A DNA stretch of 64,000 nt, from assembly GCA_947252645.1 (NCBI GenBank), contig CAMXWF010000014.1, forward strand, positions 5,795-69,794. Reading direction: 5' to 3'. The notes below the pieces were generated by a model. The model saw only the letters and a program-made list of their open reading frames with translations, was not told the origin of the DNA and did not search any database. This document shows positions 35,849 to 44,678 of the stretch, in pieces. The stretch is from an uncultured Bacteroidia bacterium. Lineage in GTDB: Bacteria; Bacteroidota; Bacteroidia; Bacteroidales; CAJPTX01. The position numbers were made by a program, and so were the translations under genes. Each line of letters opens with the position of its first letter. Position 1 is the stretch's first letter.

Positions 35849-37912
35849 CTAGAAAAAAGAGAGGTGCTCCTTCTTGGCGAACTCGATGAAGGCCTCGGCT
35901 ATGCCATCGCGGGTGAGGCCCTCGTAGTTGAAGAGGTCGTGCTTGACGATCAGGTGGCCGTGGCTGTCGAGCAGGTAGTCCTGGCTTTGCCGTGGGGCAC
36001 TGTCGTAGCTCTGCATGGGGGCTTGCACCACGTCCTCTTCTGTAGTCTTGGAAAGAGCTTGCGGGAAGTCCCCTATCCGCACGAAGATCTTATCGCCGCT
36101 ATTGTCCTTGCTCGGCTCCTGCATGGTGGCGAAGAAGATGTTGTAGTCATCGACGTGGGGGCAGAGCTCATCGTCCCATTTCTGCACGAAGAGGACGCTG
36201 GTTTTTGTGCCCGTGTGCGGCTTGAAGACGTTGGGGTGTAGCCCCACCACCGCGAGAATGCGGCATCGCTGGGCGATGTATTCCCGTAGGGTGCGGTCGC
36301 TGCTATTGTTGAAGCGTCCCTGTGGCAGCACGATGGCCATGCGCCCGCCGGGTTTGAGGAAGTCGAGGTTGCGCTCTACGAAGAGGATGTCGCGCCCCAC
36401 CTTGGATGCCACTTTGCCGCTGGCGTTTTTGCTCAGCTCGTACTTGGCGAGGATGCGGCTCTCCTTGATGTCGCCGGCGAAGGGTGGGTTGGCCATGACG
36501 ATGTCGAAGTTGAACTCGCGGTAGTCGCTGCCGCGCTTGAGGTCATCGAGGCGGTCAAAGCCCGCACCGTAGACCTTTCGCCAGTCGTCGTTGCTAAGGT
36601 TGTCGCGCCAGCGTTCGTAGTCGAGGGTGTTGAGGTGGAGTACGTTGGTTTGCCCATCGCCAGCGATCAGATTGAGGGTGCGGGCCACGCGTACGGCCTT
36701 CTCGTCGAAGTCTATCGCGAAGACCTTCTCATTGACGTAGTCGGTGCACTCGGCGGGCTTCTGCTCCAGCGTAAAGAGGTGGCCGTGAGGAAGCCCCTTC
36801 TGCTGGAGGATCTGCTCCCACACGTAGAAGATCGTGTGTACCGGGAAGCCGCAGCTGCCAGCGGCTGGGTCGATCATCGTTTCGCTGGGCTTGGGGTTGA
36901 GCATGCGCACGCACATGTCGATGACGTAGCGGGGAGTGAAGTACTGTCCCTTTTCGCCCTTGCTGCTCTTGTTGATAAGGTACTCGAAGGCCTCGTCCAC
37001 CACCTCGAGGTTGGAATTGAAGAGCTTCACGTCTTGCAGCGAGGCCACGCACACCGAGAGGTGCGAGGGGGTGAGCAGGATTTTGGCATCTTGGCTGAAG
37101 ACACCTCGCCACTTGCTTTTGGCCTCTTTGAAGAGGTGCTGCATGCGCTCCATGAGTTCGGACTCGGTGTCGCCGAGGTTGCGGAACTCCAGGCAGCGAT
37201 CGGGCTTGCGGCCGCTCTCCATCTCATCGTAGAGCTTGGTGAAGATGAGCTTGAAGAGCTCCTCGAACACATCGACCCCGGCCCCGGCCAGCACCTCGTC
37301 CTCCATTTCAAGGATGAGGTCTTTGAGCGACTTGCGCTCGTTGACGAGGCGATCCTTGGCAATGAGGTCGTTGATGGTCCATCGCTCGGAGATGATGTCG
37401 GAGAGGCGTTGGTCAGCCCGCGGTAACGTAGAGAGGGTCTCAAAGAAGTTGGGGTCCTTGCGGTGGTAGTAAGAGATGCTGCGCCCATTGCACCATACGC
37501 CTATTGGGGCCCCAGTGGCGTTGCAGTAGCTTTTGAGCTGCTCGCGTCCCTCTTTGAGTTTTGGCTTCTTGAGCTCTACGATGATGTAGGGACTCTCGCT
37601 GCGCTGCTTGTCGAAGACCACTATGTCGGCGCGCTTCTTCTCCCGCCCAAAGGTCACTTCGTGCTCCACGGCTATGCGGGAGAGTGGGTAGCCGAAGTCG
37701 GCTGTTAGCTCTTCTAGGAACAGCTGCCTGACCACCTCCTCGGGCGTAAGGCGCACCTCCTTTTGTCGCACAAGGCAGATGGCGTACGGCTGTTGCTCAT
37801 GCATCGTGATACGCACTTCGAGGGCCAATTTGTGCTGTTCTTTGAAGTGACTTAGCTTATAGTCGGAGCCTGCTACGATGCCCGTTAGCGTCATGGTCTC
37901 TTCTTTCTGCAT
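35849..37912 (-). CDS. N6-adenine DNA methyltransferase (HsdM-like, gamma class) fused to an N-terminal HsdR-N/PD-(D/E)xK-like domain
   Basis: MTase motif I 'IDPAAGSCGF' and motif IV 'NPPFAG'. The N-terminal ~170 aa contain 'RADIVVFD...PYIIVELKKPK'. 687 aa. An alternative ATG lies at 37894. Confidence 0.85.
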   Translation of the reverse strand: MQKEETMTLTGIVAGSDYKLSHFKEQHKLALEVRITMHEQQPYAICLVRQKEVRLTPEEVVRQLFLEELTADFGYPLSRIAVEHEVTFGREKKRADIVVFDKQRSESPYIIVELKKPKLKEGREQLKSYCNATGAPIGVWCNGRSISYYHRKDPNFFETLSTLPRADQRLSDIISERWTINDLIAKDRLVNERKSLKDLILEMEDEVLAGAGVDVFEELFKLIFTKLYDEMESGRKPDRCLEFRNLGDTESELMERMQHLFKEAKSKWRGVFSQDAKILLTPSHLSVCVASLQDVKLFNSNLEVVDEAFEYLINKSSKGEKGQYFTPRYVIDMCVRMLNPKPSETMIDPAAGSCGFPVHTIFYVWEQILQQKGLPHGHLFTLEQKPAECTDYVNEKVFAIDFDEKAVRVARTLNLIAGDGQTNVLHLNTLDYERWRDNLSNDDWRKVYGAGFDRLDDLKRGSDYREFNFDIVMANPPFAGDIKESRILAKYELSKNASGKVASKVGRDILFVERNLDFLKPGGRMAIVLPQGRFNNSSDRTLREYIAQRCRILAVVGLHPNVFKPHTGTKTSVLFVQKWDDELCPHVDDYNIFFATMQEPSKDNSGDKIFVRIGDFPQALSKTTEEDVVQAPMQSYDSAPRQSQDYLLDSHGHLIVKHDLFNYEGLTRDGIAEAFIEFAKKEHLSFF

Positions 37913-37924
37913 TCTTGGTCATTG

Positions 37925-37932
37925 CGAAGGTA
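37925..37932 (-). promoter_or_regulatory. Near-consensus -7 box (TACCTTCG on minus strand) for the R-M pair
   Basis: One mismatch to TAnnTTTG, 13 nt upstream of ATG 37912. Confidence 0.3.
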
Positions 37933-37953
37933 CGCACTTTGCGCGGTATAGCT

Positions 37954-37962
37954 CCCCCCCCC
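37954..37962. repeat. C9 (G9 on minus strand) homopolymer in the divergent promoter region
   Basis: 'gctccccccccccttttc'; nine consecutive C. Confidence 0.9.
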
Positions 37963-38008
37963 TTTTCTTGGTATTGCCGTCCCTGCGCTTTGCCCCCACC
38001 TTTGCTTC

Positions 38009-40312
38009 ATGCGACGGAAATATGGTTCGACCCTGGTGCTGGGGGTACTCCTCTCGCTTGGTGCCACGAGCGTAGTAGGGCAGACACGGCTCGAGCTTAA
38101 GGGGTGCATAGTAGACACGGCCGGCGTGGCCATTATGGGGGCTACCGTGACTGAGTCCCAGGTAAAAACAGCCGCCATGAGCGATAGGGACGGCTAACTT
38201 CCGCCTCCCCCTGCCCGCTGGGGCGCATGTGCTGGATGTGTCGTGTATGGGCTACGTTTCGCAGAGCATACCGCTTGCGCTGTCGAAGGCTACGCCTAGC
38301 CTCCGGGTGGTGCTAGCGCCGAGCGAGGAGGCCATAGAGGCTGTGCGGGTGGTGAGCAAGGGGGTGGCGCAGCGCCTGCGGGAGCGTCCGCTTGCGGTGG
38401 CGGTGCTCGACCATAAGCTCCTTGCGCGTTGGGTGGTGCCCATAGGGCGTACGGCTGGCGTGGAGCTGCTGAGCCAAGGGGGCGTGGGGGCACCTATACG
38501 GATGATAGTGCAGGGACTTGACGGTAAGCGGGTGAGCGTATTCGTGGATGGTATGCTCCTTGGCGCCTCGAGCGAGGTGCTCTTGGAGAATATGCCCCTC
38601 GACCAGATAGACCACGTGGAGGTGTACAAGGGGGGTGGTGCCGGCGCAGCTGGTGGGCGATGGGCTGGGCCATCAACATCGTCACCAAGCACCACGTGCG
38701 CAATGCGCTCTCGCTCTCCTACGAGTGGGGCTCGTATAGTGCCCATAGGGCCAATGTGGCTGCTACGCTAGTTTTACCAAAGCCCGGACTTGCTTTTTCG
38801 CTTACCGGGCAGCTCAACATCGCTAAAAATGATCATAGTTTCCATTTGCCGTTTGAGGCGGGGCAGGTGATAACCCGGGGCCACGATCGCTAACGGTCGG
38901 CTACGGTCAGGGCAGGCATTAGGGCCACCAGGTGGGGGTTTGACCAGCTGGGGTGGACTTTTGGCTACTATAGGCCGTATGATGAGCTGCAGGGCGGCCT
39001 GATGAATCTCCAGCGCAATGTGCAGCATGCCTTCACGCGGGATAATGCCTTTTCTGTGGGGCAGCGTATGGCCAAATCTTTCCTGCAAGGCAGATGGACC
39101 ACGTTGCTCCTCACTAGCGTCAGCTATGGGGTGCAGAGCATGGTGGACACGTCGCACTACCGCTATAATTTCCTGGGTGAGCATTATGCCAGCTCGGCGG
39201 GGCAGGGCGAGGTGGGGTTTGGGCCTAAGGATTCCCACGACCAGCTCTGGGATGTGCGCGCGCAGTTCCGTTTGGGCTGGCGGCCCGTGGTGGCGCACGG
39301 GTTGCTTCTCAATGCGGTCTATCGCTATGCTCAGCGCGTGCCGCACGATTCCCTGGCCGACTCCCAGTGCAAGTATACCGTGAGCGGCTACCCGGCCCAG
39401 CTCCATGCCTTGGTGGTCGGGCTGGCCTATCGGCTCAACCTTTTTTGGGGGTCAGCTGACCAACGAGTTTTCGGGCAAGCTGTTCTCGGTGGCCACCAAG
39501 ATATACCCGGTGTCCCTTTTTACCTTTTCGCAGCCCGAGCTGGAGGTGTAGTTTTCGGCTATGGCAATGCCACGTCCTACAGGCCTTGGGAGTGACTTAC
39601 CGTGCGTTTTTCTACGCAGAAAAACGTACGCATACCCTCCACGGAGGAGTTTTTTGGCAATGGCTTTACCGTGCTTCCTTCGCTGCGGCTCAAGCCCGAG
39701 CACAGCTACAATTTGAACTTGGGGTTCAACAGCTTGCTCAATTCGGGATCGTATCCTAACCTCATGGTGGACGTGAACGGCTACGCCATGTGGATGCGCG
39801 ACATGATTAGGATGGTGGCAGCTTCTATCCTCTACGTCCATAGCAATGTGGATAGGGTGCGGATTTTTGGTGTGGATGCGGAGCTGCAAGCGGCGCTGCA
39901 GCCTTGGGCTTCTCTGCGCCTGAGTGCTAGCTACCAGGATGCGCGCAACGATGCGCGCCAGCTCCTTGGGGGAGGCCTCAATAGCTTCTACGGGTGGCGG
40001 GTGCCCAATATGCCCTATCACTTTGGTAATGGGCTGGGGGATTTTCACCTTTCCGATCTTTTCCCGCCTGTGCGTTTCGAGGGGTCTTTTTTCTTCGAGG
40101 TGGCCTTCACCGAGCGCTATAGCTACGACTGGGCCACCAGCGTGCGCAATACGCTCTATGTGCCCCGTCGCTGGACGATGCACTTGGGGTTCTATGGCCA
40201 TTACCAGCTGGCCTTTGAGGTGCACAATCTGGTCGATAGGGAGCCGATGGCCGAGTTCAACTATCCGCTCCCTGGGCGGACTTTCCATTTGAAACTCAAG
40301 TACACACTATAA
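38009..40312 (+). pseudogene. TonB-dependent receptor with an N-terminal CarboxypepD_reg-like domain, disrupted by several frameshifts and stops
   Basis: Receptor pieces fall in different frames. These are 'CIVDTAGVAIMGATVTE...SDRDG*' then 'NFRLPLPAGAHVLDVSCMGYVSQ'; plug 'IDHVEVYKGG' then 'AINIVTKHH'; barrel segments 39002-39595; and the C-terminus 'STEEFFGNGFTVLPSLRLKPEHSYNLNLGF...FHLKLKYTL*'. Confidence 0.8.
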
Positions 40313-40331
40313 TCCAAAACAACAGGTAGCT

Positions 40332-40820
40332 ATGAAACGCAGAAGATGTATTATTTCCCTAGCATTGCTGATATCGGCGCTGGCCGTATTGGTTTTTTGG
40401 GGGTGCAAGAAAAAGGGGGAGGCCTCCGAAGAAGACCAGAGCAAGCACCGCTACGCACCCGTATCCATGGTGGGCAACTCATTCAACCTGTTCACCTTCC
40501 CCGATTTTGCTGAGTCCAAGCCCAGCCTCATCAAGGACAAGACGCTTTCCATGGAAGACCCCAAGTACTTCGAGGTCAACAAGGAGCTTGTTCCCTACGA
40601 GGTGAATCTTTGGGAGAAAGCGGGTCGTGTGCTTCCCATGCCGGCCTCATCGGGGCGGGCAGCTAGTGCCTCTATAGTTGTGGGCGACAACGTCTACTTT
40701 GGAGAGCATACGCTCTCAGGGGTAGGCTTTTATCGCTACGACCGCAAGGCTGGCAAGGGCCAGGAGAAGCCAAGCGTTACCATGCCCGCAGTGCCCTACC
40801 TAGTTTTGGACATGCAATAG
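40332..40820 (+). CDS. Small lipoprotein of unknown function (module gene A1)
   Basis: Signal peptide with lipobox-like 'VFWGC' followed by an acidic stretch. 162 aa. The C-terminal ~110 aa are paralogous to 42003-42310. Confidence 0.65.
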   Translation: MKRRRCIISLALLISALAVLVFWGCKKKGEASEEDQSKHRYAPVSMVGNSFNLFTFPDFAESKPSLIKDKTLSMEDPKYFEVNKELVPYEVNLWEKAGRVLPMPASSGRAASASIVVGDNVYFGEHTLSGVGFYRYDRKAGKGQEKPSVTMPAVPYLVLDMQ

Positions 40821-40834
40821 TAGAGATTAGAGCT

Positions 40835-41251
40835 ATGGAACGAAGTACACGTATGGTTTTTCTCTGGCTTACCATCATGGTGGGCAACTGCGTGCATACG
40901 CTTATTGATTTGTCGCCCGTGTTTTATATGGCCAACGTGGAGTTCCCCCACGGCTTGGACATGATGTTTGGGTATGCCTTTACGGGGATGATCATGTTTC
41001 TCCTGCCTGTAGCCGGTATACTGTTGGCTAGCTACGGGGTCACTAGGCCCTGGCGCGTGGTGCACCTAGTGCTCTCGGCCTTGGTTTTGCTGGCTAACAA
41101 TTTTCGCTTGGGCGACCTAGTCAGAACGTTCCTATTCGGATGGTCCAACTGGGAGCAGTGCATGGTACTCCCGGTGATATTGCTGGTCAATGTGCTGCTC
41201 GTCTGGGAGGCGGCTAGAGCCTTGAAGAGCCCGCGAAGAGAGCAGCAGTAG
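40835..41251 (+). CDS. Small 4-TM membrane protein with conserved His residues (module gene B1), unknown function
   Basis: Four hydrophobic segments. 'CVHTL' lies in TM1 and 'VVHLVL' in TM3. Paralogue of 42324-42725. Confidence 0.65.
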   Translation: MERSTRMVFLWLTIMVGNCVHTLIDLSPVFYMANVEFPHGLDMMFGYAFTGMIMFLLPVAGILLASYGVTRPWRVVHLVLSALVLLANNFRLGDLVRTFLFGWSNWEQCMVLPVILLVNVLLVWEAARALKSPRREQQ

Positions 41252-41271
41252 CACGCTTTAGCAGTGACGTT

Positions 41272-41308
41272 ACGGGGGGCTGACCTAGGTTGGTTCCCCG
41301 TAGTTTTT
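41272..41308 (+). terminator. Weak candidate terminator after B1
   Basis: ACGGGG ... CCCCGT stem (18-nt loop) followed by AGTTTTTAC. Confidence 0.3.
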
Positions 41309-41364
41309 ACCGGGTAGTGCGCGTTAGGCCAGTGCTGGTCACCTTGTTTTGGGCGCGCAGTAGG

Positions 41365-41836
41365 CTAGGCAGTGAGCGGCTTGAACGTATCGATGAGGGC
41401 CTTGAGCTTAGGATTGTCGATGCTGTAGCCGCGGTAGTCGTGGCGGTAGTGGTAGTTGGTTCGGAGTCTCTCGAAGTCCTGCGGGGCGGCGATGAGGGCC
41501 TGGGAGTCGTAGTTGAGGTCGTAGCCCAGGGCCATATCGCTAAGCTCGTAGCCGGCTATGTGCGGGCGAGAGCTGGGGTCTTCTTGCGCAGGAGGCAGGG
41601 CGATATGGGGTAGGTGGAAGTACTCGGTGATGGTGTTGAGGGCGAGTTGAGTGCCGCTGCGCTTGCCCTCGATGCTATAGCCGGCAATGTGTGGGGTGGC
41701 GAATAGGCTATTTTCCAGCAGGTCAGAGCTCACGTCGGGCTCGTTTTCGTATACGTCGAGCGCATAGCCGGCGATATCCTTGTAGTGCAGGGCGCGCCGT
41801 AGGGCGGCATCATCTACTATGCCGCCCCGGGCGGCG
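41365..41836 (-). pseudogene. pdxB 3' fragment (copy 2), 5'-truncated
   Basis: Encodes 'ARGGIVDDAALRRALHYKDIAGYALDVYENEPD...DFERLR', identical to the C-terminal 140 aa of intact PdxB, then a diverged tail. The sequence upstream of 41836 is unrelated to pdxB. Confidence 0.85.
41419..41836. repeat. 418-bp direct repeat, copy 1 (417/418 identical to 45032-45449)
   Basis: Aligned by eye base-for-base; the single mismatch is 41459 g versus 45072 a. Confidence 0.9.
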
Positions 41837-42310
41837 CTCTTGCGTACAGACATCAAAGATGGCTTCCTGCGCATAAAGAAGGGGGCTACTGACTTTGATA
41901 CCGAGTATTACTTCAGCCTCCAGGAAGCCGCCGTCGGGGGCGAGAAGGGCAGCTATACTATGTTCTTCTCCTATGCGGGGCAGGGGATTGCCTACTGCTT
42001 CCTCTCCAAGCCAAGCCTCATTAAGGATAAAACCCTCACCATGGAAGACCCCAAGTACTTCGAGGTCAACAAGGAGTTCGTCCCCTATGAGGTCAGCCTC
42101 TGGGAGAAGAAGGGCCAACTGCTCCCCATGCCGGCCTCGTCGGGCTGGGCTGCCAGTGCCTCTGTGGTCGTAGGCGACTATGTCTACTTCGGCGAACACC
42201 CCACCTCTGGCGCAGGCTTCTACCGCTACAACCGTAAAACAGGCAAAGGTCAGCAAACGCCCAGCGTCACTATGCCCGTGGCGCCATACCTAGTGCTAGA
42301 TCTGCAATAA
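41837..42310 (+). pseudogene. 5'-truncated paralogue of the module lipoprotein (A2); no signal peptide
   Basis: '...SKPSLIKDKTLTMEDPKYFEVNKEFVPYEVSLWEK...PYLVLDLQ*' parallels A1. The upstream 60 codons have no counterpart in A1 and are cut off at the pdxB-fragment junction. Confidence 0.55.
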
Positions 42311-42323
42311 AGCTGTCATTACC

Positions 42324-42725
42324 ATGGATAGAAACGTCAGGATGGCCCTCCTGTGGGTCGTCATCATGGTGGGCTACTGCGTCCATACGCTCGTAGACCT
42401 GCTCCCCATCTTTTTCGCCGGCTCGGTTGCTATGCCCGATGCCACGGGGCAAGTGCTCGCGGCCATGTATGCCTTCGCGGGCTTTATCATGTTCCTCCTG
42501 CCGGTGGCTGGTGCGCTGCTAGCAAGCTATGCCAAGGCCAGAGCCGGGCGTATACTCCATCTTGTGCTGGCTGCTTTGCTGACCCTAGCCAACATCTTCC
42601 ACTTGGGAGACCTATTCAAGGAGTTCAACTGGGGGCAGTGCATGGTGCTTCCCCTGATACTTTTACTCAGCGTGCTGCTCCTCTGGGAGGCCGTGCAAAG
42701 CCTTAAGCACCCGGCCAGCAACTAG
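42324..42725 (+). CDS. Small 4-TM membrane protein with conserved His residues (module gene B2)
   Basis: 133 aa with 'CVHTL', 'ILHLVL' and 'FHLGD'. Paralogue of B1. Confidence 0.65.
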   Translation: MDRNVRMALLWVVIMVGYCVHTLVDLLPIFFAGSVAMPDATGQVLAAMYAFAGFIMFLLPVAGALLASYAKARAGRILHLVLAALLTLANIFHLGDLFKEFNWGQCMVLPLILLLSVLLLWEAVQSLKHPASN

Positions 42726-42750
42726 CATTAGCACGCTTACCTACACGAAA

Positions 42751-42779
42751 GGAGCCTGTTGCTTCGCGCAGCAGGCTCC
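42751..42779. terminator. Hairpin between convergent B2 and MCP genes (candidate bidirectional terminator)
   Basis: GGAGCCTGTTGC-TTCGC-GCAGCAGGCTCC, followed by TTCTCTTCT on the plus strand. Confidence 0.4.
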
Positions 42780-42823
42780 TTCTCTTCTGCTAGCCTTTTA
42801 CTCCACTTCTTCCTACTCACGCC

Positions 42824-44542
42824 TTACTCTGCGCTCGTCTTGTAGTAGGAGAGGAGCTTTTGCAGCTTTATCCCCATCTCCTTGATGCTCTCTGCCCCCG
42901 CGGCCAGCTCCTCACTGCTCGCGGCATTGCTCTGGGCCACCTCGGAGAGTTGTTGCACCGAGATATTGATTTGGCTGGCCCCCTGTTGCTGCTGCTCCAT
43001 GGCCGTGCTGACCTCATCCACCAGGCGGTTCAGCTCCTGCAGCGTAGGGGTAAACGCTGTGAACCTGCTGCTGGCCTCCTGGGAGGCTGACACGGCGTTA
43101 CGCACTAGCTCTATCACTTCCTTAGCTGCTGCCGTACTCTGCTCGGCCAGCTTGCGCACCTCGGCTGCTACCACTGCAAAGCCTCTACCAGCCTCTCCGG
43201 CACGGGCGGCCTCTACGGCGGCATTTAGGGCCAAAATGTTGGTCTGCTGAGCTATCCCGTTCATTATGCCGATGCGTTCCCCGATGGAGGCAACGATCTC
43301 GGTGCTCCGCTGCGACACCTCCTGCAGCGCTGAGAGCGCCTCATTGCCCTTCTCGTTGATTACCTTACTCTGCTGCGCATTGTCGCTCGTCTGCTGCATG
43401 GCCGCCGTGATCTCCTCTACGGTGCTGCTCACCTCCTCGGTCTGCGAGGCCTGCTCCGAAGCCCCCGAGGATATGGCGTTGGCCGATTGCGTCAGCTGAC
43501 CATTGGCCTCCAGCAGCGCATGCGCCACTTCATGCATCTGCGTAAACATCTCGTTGAACTTCTCTCCTAGCTCCACGAGATTGCGCCCCATTTGCCCTAT
43601 CTCGTCTTTGCGTTCCAAAAGCTGCGTGGCAGAGCCATGGCGCTGCAAGTCCCCATCGCGAAACCGCTGTAAGATGCCCGAAACCGTCTTCATGGGCCTC
43701 GAAATGCTCAGCTTTAGCCGTCGACCACTCCACCAGAGCACCACGAGCAGTATCAGGGCTACGATCACGTTGGTCCACACGGCTATCCGGGCACTCTTGG
43801 CATTCTCCTCCAGCATTACCCCCTCGAGCTGCTGCAGGATCTCCTTTATCCGTGAGGACTCTTGGCCTACTTCTAGCCTCGATGCATAGAGGCCCTCCAG
43901 CTTCTTATGGGTATGCAGGGTGGCCTGTAGGGTGTGTTCTAGCTCTGCTTGCTGACTTTCCCCCACCAGCTCTTCGAGACGAGCCTCTATGGGTTGGAAT
44001 ACAGCCTGGTCTACGATCTCCTCGAAAAAGTAGTCCGCTAGGTCTATGGAGATGAGTTCAAAGGCCTGCTCCTGCGCACTTGTCAGTACCTTGCCCCCTC
44101 CCAGTGCCTTGGAGGTGACCCGAAGCTGTGCGGTAAGCGAGTCGAGGGCCTGGTAGAAATTATGCGAATTGGCATTGTAGGTGTGTAGCTTGCGGGGGAA
44201 AGAGTCTATGGCCTCGCGAAGGCTAGAGGCCAAGCCAACTAGCGACTTTCGGGTTATCCCCTCGTAGAGCTCATCGGCGCTGGCCGCTAGCTGGCCCAGC
44301 AGCTCGTCCGCCGTTTTCTCCTTCTCCTCAAAGGAGCGATCGTCCAGTATCAGATTGTCGGCAAAGTGGGTGGCTGCTACTAGGTCGAGCACCACGGTCC
44401 CAGCCCGCTCCTGCGTCTTGAGGAGGCGCATGTTCTGCAAGTCGCTCCAGCGCGAGGCTGCTAGCAATACCACAATGAATAACAACGTGATTGCCGTGCT
44501 GATCGTGAGCTTCACCCCAATGCTTAAGTCGTTGTAGCGCAT
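42824..44542 (-). CDS. Methyl-accepting chemotaxis protein (two TM segments, periplasmic sensor region, HAMP, MA signalling domain)
   Basis: Highly conserved MCP hairpin '[37 protein letters not shown]'. TM segments lie near the N-terminus and at '[16 protein letters not shown]'. ATG 44542 preferred over TTG 44548. Confidence 0.85.
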   Translation of the reverse strand: MRYNDLSIGVKLTISTAITLLFIVVLLAASRWSDLQNMRLLKTQERAGTVVLDLVAATHFADNLILDDRSFEEKEKTADELLGQLAASADELYEGITRKSLVGLASSLREAIDSFPRKLHTYNANSHNFYQALDSLTAQLRVTSKALGGGKVLTSAQEQAFELISIDLADYFFEEIVDQAVFQPIEARLEELVGESQQAELEHTLQATLHTHKKLEGLYASRLEVGQESSRIKEILQQLEGVMLEENAKSARIAVWTNVIVALILLVVLWWSGRRLKLSISRPMKTVSGILQRFRDGDLQRHGSATQLLERKDEIGQMGRNLVELGEKFNEMFTQMHEVAHALLEANGQLTQSANAISSGASEQASQTEEVSSTVEEITAAMQQTSDNAQQSKVINEKGNEALSALQEVSQRSTEIVASIGERIGIMNGIAQQTNILALNAAVEAARAGEAGRGFAVVAAEVRKLAEQSTAAAKEVIELVRNAVSASQEASSRFTAFTPTLQELNRLVDEVSTAMEQQQQGASQINISVQQLSEVAQSNAASSEELAAGAESIKEMGIKLQKLLSYYKTSAE

Positions 44543-44614
44543 AGCCAATTTCTCCTATACTGCCTCCCTGCGGGGGCTAATCCTATGCGCTAATGTAGCA
44601 CTTTTAACGCAATC

Positions 44615-44627
44615 ATATATATATATA
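44615..44627. repeat. (AT)6A dinucleotide repeat upstream of the MCP gene
   Basis: 'catatatatatatatag'. Confidence 0.85.
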
Positions 44628-44669
44628 GTCACGAATATTTACAAAAGCCTAAAAATGCTTATCTGCTCA

Positions 44670-44678
44670 GGGGGGGGG
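44670..44678. repeat. G9 homopolymer upstream of the MCP gene
   Basis: 'ctcagggggggggcgtatgg'; nine consecutive G. Confidence 0.9.

Larger units (their letters stand above)
32528..41364. other. Accessory segment B, between pdxB-3' copy 3 and copy 2
   Basis: Bounded by pdxB 3' fragments. Contains the R-M pair, gene fragments, a receptor pseudogene and an uncharacterised gene pair. Confidence 0.45.

Noticed and set aside
36635-37426. 263-aa plus-strand ORF antisense to the methyltransferase gene
   Set aside because: It is a shadow ORF, and the methyltransferase motifs are unambiguous on the minus strand.
41819-41836. Apparent start codon of ORF 41819-42310 (paralogue A2)
   Set aside because: These first codons lie inside the pdxB-derived repeat read on the opposite strand. 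The 'start' is an artefact of the junction, and the gene is treated as 5'-truncated.
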